Shown here: piece after piece, positions 38,139 through 49,608 of the stretch
How positions within the stretch are numbered: the stretch's first letter is position 1
How the letters are laid out: each line of letters starts with the position of its first letter
Source: Azolla caroliniana
Taxonomy: Eukaryota > Plantae > Polypodiophyta
Length of the DNA stretch: 64,000 bases
Assembly (NCBI GenBank): GCA_043228905.1
Contig: JBHGNT010000016.1
Coordinates: 17,112,001 to 17,176,000 of the forward strand
Direction: 5' to 3'
The notes under the pieces: model-generated
The model's database searches: none
Seen by the model: the letters and a program-made list of their open reading frames with translations, nothing else
What the model was told of the DNA's origin: nothing
Translations under genes and position numbers: made by a program

Positions 38139-41100
38139 ATGGCACCCACGACTCAGAATCTTCAGGATTCGCTGCAGGTACAAAACCCTAGGAAGACGTT
38201 ACCAAAACCGTTTCCAAAACGCAGCACAGACCATTATCGCTCTCCATCTCCATTGCTCTCAAGATCAGAAACCCCATCTCGCTCTCAACACACTAAGCGC
38301 TCTTGCTCTCAAGCCCTGTTCCGCTCTCATAACCTCTCTGTTGGACTTCCACTTCCTGCTGCTCCTGCGGTAGCTCGCCCTCGCCTCATCACTTTGCTTC
38401 ACGCTTCCACACAGTCGAACCCAGCTTCCATCTCCACTATGCCTCTTACCGCCTCAGCAGAAACCCGCGCCTGGCTCCAGGAACGAGGAATGGGCGGTTA
38501 TCTGAAGATCATCGATGCCCCCGCGCACCCAGATGCCCAAAATGTGGCGAAACGTATAAGTCCCGAAGCCATCACCAACAACGTGCTTCGGGTTGTGTTG
38601 GACCTGCAACGGGGAGGGGACCATGAGGTCGACATACCCCCGGCATCAAAGATGAAGGCGTACTTCGGGGAGTACTCAGCCACAGGGAAGGCATATCGCA
38701 CGTATGGCGGGCCCAACAAAGCTTTCGGGGAGATTGCGTGTATCTTGATGGAGTATGCGTTTGTGCATACGAACCCAACGAGCATGCCGCAGAACAAGGC
38801 AGCCATCATCATCAGCGCTTATGAAGGAAACAGAATCGATTGGGGAATCATCATAGGTGAAGGACTCCGCGCCGCCTTAGCTTCATTTCAGTCCGGTAAG
38901 AAGATGTTGTCTGTTCTTACCCACTTTTTGATGGTGTTATACCCACCCTCTTCGCTCCCTTCCCCTCGTGCACTCACGTCCCCACCACCACCACGAAGGC
39001 AGAGAAAGAAATTCGTGGCCATCAGCCACGAAGCCTAGGAGGAGCCCACATCGCCTTCACCCCCTGCCGCCGACCAGACAACCGCATCGGCACCACCACC
39101 TGCCCAACCCCAACAAAAAAGGGTAGTTTCCGAGACCTGCCAAGAATGGGAGGGGGCGGTAGCCGCGGAAGACAACACAACTGATGACGTCACCATTTGG
39201 CAGCCAACGTCGCGGCCTTCGGTAACGTCCCAAGGACCTAGCCCACGCACCAACACACAGCAGGCTGCACCACCACAACCACAGAAAAGGAAGCAGGCGG
39301 AGGAAACAACACTACCGGCCCCGGAACCCCAACCACAGCCAGGCAAAAGAAGACGACTCAACTGCGAGTTCTCGGAAGAACGGAAGGAGCCACAACAGGA
39401 GCAAGCCTTAGTGGTCAGACCGAGCAACTTGGCTATCACCCCTGCGGAGGCATCGCTGAACCAAGGAACGATCGAGCATGGGCAGACAACACAGATCTCG
39501 GAGGATGAAGTCCTCGGGTATAAGGACCTCCCCGCGGAGGCTTACGAATTTAGTGCGCTCCTCCGCCTCGGTACGTCATTCGAGCTGGTCGACTTCCTCA
39601 TCAGAGCCCAAGTCGCGGCAGCCGCTCGGATGGCGGAAGAGCACGCCGAAACAAAAATGGTTCAACGCGCGCTAATAGGTGAAATTGAGCCCCAGGAAGA
39701 CAGGGCTTTACAAAAAATCGGGAGGAAGAAGCAAGCAAAACAGGCCGCTCTCCTCATGGAGGTCCCCGGGTTGAACACAGCCCTTATCGAGGCATATCGG
39801 GACCTAGATCGCACTACGCGGGCAGCCAAAGACATGGCCCGAAAGATAAAAGTAGCCCAAAAATAGGCTAAGATGGGTACAGAGCTATGGCACGCTGCGA
39901 ACCAGAAGCTGGCAGCCTGGGAGCAAAACCGGCTGGAACAACAAGTCCAAAGCCTCCCAGTAACGACTACCGAGGGCCTCCCAGCGCCCCCACGCATAAT
40001 GATGATGGATGGAAGCACCATCACCGACTCCATCCTGAAGGTGCAGGCCAATACACAAACGGAGTCGTTACAAATGGTCGATGCCTGCACAACAACCGAG
40101 GCGGCCACGGCCGTGGAGCAACCCAAACTAACCACACCAACCAAGGAGGTGGCAACCCAGACAGAACCCCCGCTCCGGGATTACCGTGCGGAGCTTAAAG
40201 AAGAACAACGGCGAACCGAGAGACACGAGCAACGACATCAAGAGGCGATGGCTCGCCTAAAAGAAGAAGCTTCCAAGCAGATGGCCGAGATAAGAGCCCA
40301 GGCCAACCAAAGGATACACGAGCAGCACGAAGCATTGGGCCGGGTACAAGCACAAGCCGCGGCCAAGGAAGCCGAACTCAAAAGCAAGCTGGAGGAATAC
40401 GCAACCACAGTAGTGAAGAAAGAGACGGAGGTCCTAGACCTACAGGCCGCGCTCGACAATGCCCACGACTGGAACTAGCGGCAGGAAGAAAGAAATCGCG
40501 AACGGGAGGAGAGGATGAACGTGGAGAATGCCGAGCTGCAGAGTGAGCGTACGACCCTTAAAGAGATGGCTGACGAGTTTTTCATCAAGTGCAAGCTACT
40601 TTCCGAGCAAAAAGAGGCCTTATCAGATTCCTACTTCGCCCTACAAGAAGAGAGAATCGTCGAACGGGAACAAATCCGGGCCACGTGTCAAAAAGAACGG
40701 GAGCAGGCCACCGAAGAACTCACGAAGCGTTACGAGCAGGCTCTCCAGCTCGTCACCACGGATGCAAAGAACAGTCAGACCATCTATGAGCTAAAGACCC
40801 AGAAGATTCAGGCCGAGGTCGACGGCTTAAAACAGGAATTAGCAGCCATCCGAGCACAGCCCGGCATGGATGAGACACGTATCCGCATACTGCTCGAGAA
40901 ACAGCGCCAGCACCTCACCAAAAAGGTCGAGGAATCATTAAGTCGCGCAGGAGATGAATGGGCAACCCAAGCTACCGAATTGCATATTTTACGCGCCGAC
41001 GACGAGAACCGACGGAAGGAGGGCCGCGACTTCTACAAAATGGACGAAGCCAGCATTCAAAATCTGTGTGCAGATTTAACCCAGGATTACCAGTCCTTGG

Positions 41101-41510
41101 CAAAATCTCACACCGCGGCAATCGAGCAAATAATGGAGGACTTCAATGATGGTCAGATGTTGTTTCGCCTGGAAGCAGAAGCCTTTGAACGAGAACGACT
41201 CGCTGCCATCCCCACCAGCCCTCCAACGGCCACAGAGCAGGAAGAAGAACCTCCCAGCAAGGAGATCACGGACACAACACATGAGGAACTTGCCCCGGCC
41301 AACGGACATCCCATGGACATCCACACGGTACCAGAGCCTCTCGAAGGAGAGGACAGCGCCCACAAACCCACACCCCCACCAGAGGCAGACGCCCGAGAAG
41401 CTATGCCACCCTCGGACCAAACTCAACCCCCCGCACCAACAGTCCAACCAGACCACCCTGCCGCCACCCCGGACCCCGAAAGCATCCTCGACATCTTAAA
41501 GGAGGAATGA
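38139..41510 (+). pseudogene. Single extra 3' ORF (~1020-1120 aa) of the nested Gypsy, broken by three in-frame TAG stops
   Basis: Track ORFs 38139, 39411, 39873 and 40515 are all in one frame, separated by TAG at 39036, 39864 and 40476. Globular-looking N-domain, P/Q-rich linker with basic motifs, long coiled coil. Confidence 0.8.
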
Positions 41511-41589
41511 AACGAGGATCACACCTAAAAGGCCATTTTTGTAATATTGTTAGTATTTTGAAGGTCATGGGTCCGACGGACAAGGTCCT

Positions 41590-41606
41590 GTCCCACGGGC
41601 GTGCCA
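41590..41606 (+). other. tRNA-Arg 3'-end copy ending in CCA (inverted PBS) at the expected PPT position
   Basis: GTCCCACGGGCGTGCCA, then GG, then the 3' LTR. Its reverse complement TGGCACGCCCGTGGGAC shares its first 11 nt with the 5' PBS. Confidence 0.8.
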
Positions 41607-42062
41607 GGTTTTGTCCAGAGGACAGAAATGTAAAATTAGGAAATTAGCAGACGCCGAGTCCGAGTGTCACGGGCCACCAAGGGCTCGGCTATGTGTAAGG
41701 GGAAAAGTTATTTAAACGAGGAACACTACCTCAGAAAAGGGGAGAAGAAAATTATAGGCGGAAGCACTAGCTTAGTCATTCGAATTAGATAAACTTGTAA
41801 GGTCACCGGCCAGAGGCCGTGTTCTGTAATCCTTTCTGCCATAGTAATACATCTTATTTGTGCCTATTTTGGTTGCATGATTCTGTGTTTCGATCTATAC
41901 CTATGAGTTTCACACCGCCACGTCTATCAAAACCTCGCTAGTGTTTTCTCTCTGAACCCTGTATCTCTCTCAACGCCTCTGTACGAGCCTTCACGTACCA
42001 CGCCCTTGAAGACCGATAGTCGCAGATCTATCGAAGGTGTCCGCCCAAAGGAATGGGTAACA

Positions 42063-43213
42063 GAATACCATTGGCCAAAACCCAGCTCCCGGATTGATCG
42101 TCTTTAGATTATCTCTTCTGACTCTTATTCCCGCCGATGCGGCATAGTGCATGGCTTCCACATGCTTTACATCTTCCTCTTCCACGATCTTTTTCAGCCC
42201 ACCTCTTCCGAAGTTCACTCGTAGTGGCTTTCGGGTCTCGCTCGAGTGATCATGTTGCCATCCAAATAGACGACATTCTTGCGAATCGCGCCTTGCAAGT
42301 CAGTGCACTCCCTTCGCAAGTGCTTGAAGTTGTCGCACCACACACATCTATACGCTTCTTTTCCCTTCGGCCCACGTCGACCTCAGTTGGCCAGCGATAA
42401 CACTTCAAACTTCTTGGAGAGCTCTTCGAATATAGATTCCTCCATCGCTTTCTTGTCAAAATTGTTGATCGGCTTGTTAGACTCAATCGTCACAGGTGCC
42501 TTCCTCCTCCACGATTGTGGATTCTCCATATCAGTTTCCTCTTGCCATTGTCGACGCTTATGAAGACGGCTACAAACCTTCTTCACCGCCGCCCAGTCCG
42601 CTACCAAGCCATTTGGTTGTGTTTCATCCTCCAAAAAGTTACCCAATTCACGCCGATCTTTTGCATCCACTGCCTTCAGGAATAGTAGGACTTTATATTC
42701 ATCGAGAACTCGTTGATCAACACTCGGAAGTCGGTTATACTTTTGGTCGAATTCGGCAGATACTCCAGACACACACATATTCTTCCCTTTCTTCTCGATC
42801 CAAGACATTAGCGTATGTTGAGTCATCCGTGATGCGTCTTCAAGCATGTATTCAGTGAGAAGCGCATTTTCGAACTCCACCCAAGTTGCATGCTCGTTTT
42901 GGATCTCCATGACGCACTCGCGGATCCTTGGTTCCACCACACGTTTGAAGCTAGAAATTTGTTTGTGATCATTGAAATCCCTTTGTTGCATCTCGTTCCG
43001 ATAGGTAGCAAGAAAATCCGTGATGTTCTTGCCACCAAATCGTCCAACTATCTCGACCGTACGATCAACAGCTTTGTCGATTAAAGCTTCTCGATCTCTC
43101 ACCTTCAGCATGTATTCCACTACGGACACCATGCCTTTCGTTAATTCCTCTCCTTGAGTTCTGCTTGTGGAAGCCATCGTTGCAGTTGACATCCTCCCTA
43201 CCGCCTCTTTCAC
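42063..43213 (-). pseudogene. gag of the minus-strand Gypsy (continues left of 31990)
   Basis: ORF 42383-43213 with VGRFGGKNITDFL...KVLLFLKAVD, followed by knuckle remnants. Confidence 0.8.
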
Positions 43214-43226
43214 GTCGGGTTCACCA
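43209..43226 (-). promoter_or_regulatory. Primer binding site, tRNA-Trp
   Basis: Plus strand TTCACGTCGGGTTCACCA equals the recalled plant tRNA-Trp 3' end+CCA; 8 nt from the LTR edge. Confidence 0.8.
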
Positions 43227-43896
43227 CTTTATTATGTCGTGAAAATCCGTCACTATGTGTGGATCGCGAGGTGGAACCGCCGGGGTTCTGGACTAGAAGG
43301 ATTTAGTGCAACACGTACAACACAAGAAAAATTCACATATAAGACGAGTAGATTAGAGAAAACGTTCGTTTATTGCATCAGAAAATAGATTCTTTTATAA
43401 TTCAAGAATCTTGTTACAACGGGTTGGAGATGAAAATGAGAGATAAATTTTTTAAAGAAAGGAGCCAACAACCATATAAGGAGTGGTCCAATATGAATAT
43501 ATGAGATTATTCTTGAAAGGAAGGAGCCAACAACCATGTAAGGAGTGGTCCGATATCAATATGAGAGAGATTTCTTCCCCAAGGAATGGTAGAGAGAAGA
43601 AGGGAAAAAAAAGTAGAGGGAAAAAATGGAACATATATCGAGCTCTTTGTTGATCTTCCTTCCCAATGTTACTTTGCATGTCCACTTTTAGTTGCATGGC
43701 CTCTATTTTTAGTTGCATGCCTTTTACTTTTAGTTGCATGGCCTTGGCTTTTAGTTGCATGCGACCGTTCGTATAATTTGGCCAAATGACCCAATCATCC
43801 ATAAAGTTTAGCCCATGCGCAATCCGTACGTGCATCGCAACCAAACCGTAGACGTGTCCGCGCGCAAAAGTCCCGACTGTGTCGTGTACGAAAACG

Positions 43897-46800
43897 GGGA
43901 GGAAGTGGCACCGAAGAAAGAAGGAGATACATAGGCTTACAACAAAAGAGAGAAGAAGGCATATGCACTCATGGGACTCAACTTAGGGGATAGACAAGTT
44001 GAGGAGATAAGGCACACCAAAACGGGTAAGGAGGCATGGGATACATTGATGAAGTTGAATGAATCAAGCATGATGGCTAACGTCCTTCGACTCAAAAGAG
44101 AATTTTTAACAACAAAAATGAAGCCCGGTGATAAAGTTTGTGAACATGCTCAAAAACTTAGAAATATTGCATCTCAACTTCAAGTGATTGGCCATACGCT
44201 TCCCAAAGATGAGGTAACATACATTTTACTTAACAGTTTGCCTAGTTCATATGGGCATCTTGTGGTTTCAATGCATGATTCAGATGCAATTCAAGACCTA
44301 GACAAACTAATGGCAATATTAGAACAAGAGGAGCAACGACAAAGTTTACAAAGGGAAGAGTCTTCTATTAATGAACATGCTCTCCTAAACCATTCAGGTA
44401 AGAGACATGATTATGTTAAGAATTGGCATGAAAAATTTCAGAAAACTTCACAAAAGGGATGGGAAGGAAATGTCAGATCTTTTCGACCAATGGATCCATC
44501 TCAAGTGGTATGTCATTACTGCTAGGAAAAGGGACACATTGCACGTGGGTGTGCTAAGAAGGTAGCAGATAATTACAAAAGGAGGAGGGAAAACAAAGGC
44601 ACGGAAGGTGTAGCACTCATGGCATCACTACATGACATTGAAGATGATGAAGCAATCACAAATACAAATCTACTAACTTGGTATGTAGATTCTGCTGCAT
44701 CAGCTCATATGTGTAAAAACAAAGAATTTTTCACAGAATATCATGTTTTCGATAATCCACACCCAATATTTTTGGGAAATGGTGCACACATAATGGCCAT
44801 TGCAATAGGAAATGTGAAGATTAGAGAAGGAATCATTCATAATGCATTGCATGTTCCTCTCATAAAGAAAAATCTATTGTCTGTTGATGCACTAGATATA
44901 GCTGGTATAAAGGTTGTTTTTTCAAAAGGATTGTGTGAATTATGGAGAGGAAACATGCTTCTTTTTGAAGCAAAAAAGAAGCATGGATTATATAGATTAG
45001 ATGTAAACATTCATCATCATTCAGCAAATATTGTTGCTGAAGATTTTGGGAAGAAAGCCTTACAATGGCATAAAAGATTCGGGCATGTCAATTTTGACAA
45101 ACTTAGGAAAGTAAGGGACATTAATATCTCAAACAAAGAAATTCTCCAAGTAAGTCAACAATACTTATGTGAGAGTTCTCAGCTAGGCAAGTTTACTCGA
45201 CAACCATTTAATACAAAAAGGGGAATTTTAGCTAGTAGGCCTCTTGAATTAGTCCATATGGATCTTTGTGGCCCAATGCATGTGCCATCAATAGGAGGAG
45301 CAAAATACTTATATGTTGTCACAGATGATTATACACGAAAAACTTTTGCATATCCTCTTTCATGCAAAGATGACACTTGGGCTCTCGATAATCAAAGTAA
45401 GATCAGACAGAGGTGGAGAGTTCAAGTCACATATTTTTGGCTCTTTTTGCTCTAATCATGGTATTACACAAGAATTTACCCCTAGCTACAGTCCTCAACT
45501 AAATGGTGTGGCTGAAAGAAAAAATAGGACTATCATGGATATGGTAAGATGTATGTTGATAGATAGCAAATTATCATTAGAATTTTGGGGAGAAGCATCC
45601 AAATGTGCAACATATATACTCAATCAACTCCCAACAAAGCTTATATGTGGAGGATGCCCGAAGGAAATCTGGCAACAAAAAAGGGTTAGTATAATTCATC
45701 TTCGTCCTTTTGGTTGCAAGGCATACTTCCATGTACCTCGTCCACTTCGTCATAAGTTGGATCCAACTACCAAGCAAGGAATTATGATCGGATATGAGGA
45801 TCCAAGCTATGGGTATAGAGTTTGGAATGAAGAGCAAAAACGCGTGTTTGTCACTCGCAACGTGTTGTTCGATGAAGATCATTTCCCTTGCAAAATGCAA
45901 GAAGAAGGTAACAAATCTAGTGTTAAAAGTTCACACATGATCATTGATAGCATTTTGCAGGAAAATGAAGACACATTTTGTGGTGAAGAACCATGTGACG
46001 AAACCACAATAAGAGAAGAAATATCACTAAATGAAATGGAAATTGCATCATCTTGTTTGAGGCGAGGTCAAAGAATTAGAAGACCATCTTCTATCCTTAG
46101 AGATCCCTCATTCGAGTGCAATGTAAGTGTAGAATCTGAAATGTTTGAACCATCCAATTTAAAAGAAGCTTTACTTTCACCAGATAAAGCAAAGTGGGAA
46201 GAGGCAATACATTTGGAGCTTGAAGCGCATCAAAAAAACGGTACATGGGAACTTATGAAAGGAAGTGAAAGGCAACAAACCATAGGTTCCAAATGGGTGT
46301 TCAAAATCAAGAGAGGATCAAATGGGACTCCTATCAAATACAAGGCTAGATTAGTAGCTCAAGGCTTCAAACAAATCGTTGGCATTGATTTCACTGAAAC
46401 TTATGCGCCAACTGCCCTCATCACTTCCATTCGGGTCGAATTAATAAAGGCATGTGCACAAGGCTGGGAAATCCATCAAGTGGATGTAAAAACAGCTTTT
46501 CTTAACGGAGAATTAAATGAAGAAATATATATGACATTACCAAATATGAACAAGGAGGAACCAACGCAAACATGTCGACTTAAGAAGTCACTTTACGACT
46601 TAAGGCAAGCTGGAAGATGTTGGTATATCCGCCTCCATAATTTCTTTCTACAAAATAATTTTACTTGTTGCAAATCGGATCAGAGCATCTATGTTCTTTG
46701 TAACAATGAAAAACATATTATTGTTGCGGTATATGTTGATGATATAATCATCATGGCCAATACATTTTCAGCCACCCAATATTTGAAAGACATCTTGAAC

Positions 46801-47588
46801 GCAGAATTTGACATGGAAGGTATGGGTGCCATCTCCTTTTGCTTAGGGATTGACATTTTATACAATCAAGATAAAAGAGCTATTCACTTCTCCCAACAAG
46901 GATACATTTCACAAATATTGGAAAGGGTTCATATGGAAAGTTGTTATCCAACAAGCACACCTATGGAAGGACTCTCACACCTTTCAAATCTTCATTACAA
47001 AGGTGATACGGTAAATTTTCCATACAAGTCATTAATTGGTTCTCTTATTTATGCTAGTATTTGTACAAGACCAGATATTTCATTTGCAACTAATAAACTA
47101 AGTCAATTCTTAGAGAACCCTAGCATTACTCATTGGAAAGCTGCAAAACGAATCTTAAAATATTTAAAAGGGACAAGTGACTTGTTACTTACATTTCAAG
47201 CTAGTTCCTCAAATATGAGATTGCATGTTGATGTTGATTGGGCAAGTGACCCCACCGATCGAAAATCTATTTCTGGCTATTGTGTTTTTATTGGCAACGT
47301 GGTAGCTCTATGGGGAAGCAAAAAACAAAATAGTGTGGCATTATCAACAACAGAGGCAGAATATATGGCATTGGCATATGGAATCAAAGAAGTTTTATGG
47401 GCATCCAACCTAATCAACGAATCCGGTCTACATGTAAATAAACCCATTCCAACACTCAATGATAATCGAGCTGCGGTATTTATGGCCACAAATTCAGGAA
47501 GTACAAAGCGTGCTAAACATGTGGATATCAAGTATCATTTTGTGAAGGATATCATTGAGCAAAGGGACATCATACTAAAACATTGTTC
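43897..47588 (+). mobile_element. LTR-less Ty1/Copia internal region (gag to RNase H), disrupted, embedded in the 5' LTR of the minus-strand Gypsy
   Basis: gag LLNSLPSSY, PR WYVDSAAS.H, INT WHKRFGH/HMDLCGP/SDRGGEF/NGVAERKNR, RT KARLVAQG/VDVKTAFLNG/YVDD, RH DVDW..STTEAEY..KHVDIKYHFVKD. No Copia LTR, PBS, PPT or TSD at either junction. Confidence 0.88.
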
Positions 47589-48429
47589 AAGCATACACAC
47601 ACCCGTGCATACGCCCAAAGCGTCGACACAATCATGCATACGTGCATACGCCCAAAGCATGCACACCACACAATGTAGCCCAAGTCACCTTGAACATTCT
47701 ATGCTCCACACATTGATAGAATGAATATGTTTTGGTTTCCCTTATATATCCTAGATTCCAATGTTTTCCTATCTATGTGGGATATCTCACAGTTTGTCTT
47801 TTCTTCTTTTTTCTTCAAACTTCACACTCACATAACTTGATATTTATCCGTTTTATGCGTAGTAAAATACGTTATGAAGCTCTTAAAGACATCTATCTTT
47901 CCATATGAATACATTAAGCTAATCTTAAATAATTTTTTTACTAGTTTTCATATCGTGTGTGAAAAACCACACGACAACGAAGGCTCTAAAGTAATAAACA
48001 ACAATTCTAACTATGCAAAGGTCTGAAGCCAAGATGTGTCGAGTTTGGTTCAATTCCTCACTATTGGACTGAACCATGAGAGAAATAAGGATGGCTTTAG
48101 AAGTGATAGTAAAGAGTATCTTTAAAATGGGCTATTAGGGAGAGGAACAATAATAGTTTGGGAAACTTAGTTTCATCATGGAAACTTGTAGTAAAAGTAT
48201 CGGATAAGGAAATGTTTGGTTTTCTGAAAATGGGACATGCAAGTTAAATTCTATTAAGAAAGAAGAAAAAATAAAACGCTTCGAAGAACAACTAAAAGAA
48301 AATGGAATACTTGAAAAAGGAGAGCACATTCAATAATACTCTTGGGGAAATTAGAGAGTTGTTGAGATGAACCTTCCTAGAGATAAAGTGATTCCTATTA
48401 ACTCTATCACTATATATACTACCATCAAT

Positions 48430-48790
48430 TGTCATGATTGTGAGATAGAGGTGAGAGAGAATATATGATAAAAGTAAAATGTATTATAGAAAATGAGTAC
48501 AAATTTTCCTTTTATCATATTTTCCTTCGGGAACAACTTAGTGGCTTAAGATTGGTGTTGAACCAAATTGGTTTGAAATAATACAATATTGCCTCTATTT
48601 GTAGGCTTTTAGGAGTATTCCTGAAGTTTCTAGATAGTTCTAGAGTATTCCAGAATATTCATGACTTTTCTACATTATTCCGAAAAGTCTAGAACTTGGG
48701 TGAAATAATATACAAAAAAGATACCAATAATTAACTTAACGGTAAGCCGTTGACCCTTGTGTTATAAGGTCATGGATTCAAATCATGAGA
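48430..48790 (-). mobile_element. Solo LTR (361 bp), 5-bp TSD TCAAT, similar in style to the LTR at 63467
   Basis: Ends TGTCATGATT...AATCATGAGA; TCAAT at 48425-48429 and 48791-48795; TCTAGA/GAATATTC-type internal repeats. Orientation inferred by comparison with 63467. Confidence 0.75.
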
Positions 48791-49278
48791 TCAATGAATA
48801 CAATTCCTAACCGCTGTGTTGCTATATATATCGCCATCAATGAATATGAGCAAAGTGTCACGATAGACAAGATCAAAGCCAAGATGACATACAAAACAAT
48901 AGACAAGAAAGTGAAGCATGTGGTTGCTCCCATGCCAAAAGATAGCTAGGAGAAGATGAAGTTGTGGTGGCGGTATCTTAGAGATCCGAGAGGAATAGGT
49001 CACACATTCACTGACAAAATGCAAAGGAAGCTTCGAGCTGGTGGGGTGAGTTCCTTTTTCGTAAAGAAAAGTCAAAATATTGGGAAATGCTTGAATGATA
49101 TGGGAGACTCTTTGCCTTACTCCATAGGAAATAGGTTGTGTTGACCCAACTCTCATGGAACCAATTGGTTATTTTCACGATACCTCATGTTCTGTGGGAC
49201 TTATAGAGGGCTCATATCCCAAATCTTATAGAACTATTGAAAGAAAAATAGAAGATGGGAATCCTCATATCATCCAAC

Positions 49279-49608
49279 CATAAAATGTGTATTCTACGTT
49301 TAGAATATGTTTTAGAATACTTTATAATATTGTGGTGTGCATGTGTGACACACATGCACACCACAATATGTTTTAGTATTCTACACGTATTCTATGTTTT
49401 AGAATTGCTATTTTATAATATTTCACATATTGTACATATTTAACATTTCCAAGAAGCTACATTTTTTTATAGAAAATGTAGAATACGTATTCTAAGTATT
49501 TAAAGAAAATGTAGAATAATTTTAGAATTAAAGAAAATGTAGAATAATTTTAGAATACGTAGCATACTTATTCTATGTGTATTGTATCCTAAGTATTCTA
49601 CAACAATG
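49279..49608. mobile_element. hAT-like MITE, 8-bp TSD CATCCAAC/CATCCAAT
   Basis: AT-rich with many TATTCTA/TAGAATA subrepeats; ends TATTCTACAACAATG; interrupts the old Gypsy RT. Confidence 0.65.

Larger units (their letters stand above)
31991..42062 (+). mobile_element. Non-chromovirus (Athila/Tat-like) Gypsy, 10.07 kb; LTRs 31991-32444 and 41609-42062 (454 bp each, ~9 differences by eye); 5-bp TSD GAATA
   Basis: GAATA at 31986-31990 and 42063-42067. PBS after the 5' LTR; gag-pol followed by a long 3' extra ORF. No archaeal RNase H or chromodomain seen. Confidence 0.95.
26379..47976 (-). mobile_element. Gypsy LTR retrotransposon (minus strand); 3' LTR 26379-27463, 5' LTR 43235-47976 (split by a Copia fragment); probable 4-bp TSD ACGG/ACGA; hosts a nested Gypsy at 31991-42062
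   Basis: ~1.1-kb direct repeats TGT(T/C)GTGAAAATC...AAACCACACGACA. PBS at 43209-43226 and PPT-like GGTTTGGTGGGGGTAAA (minus, 27464-27480). gag 42383-43213, PR 30918-31601, RT 29832-30497, RH 28971-29324, INT 27735-28694. Confidence 0.9.

Noticed and set aside
38139-41510. env gene / endogenous retrovirus
   Set aside because: No signal peptide, fusion peptide or convincing C-terminal TM anchor; NLS-like and coiled-coil features instead.
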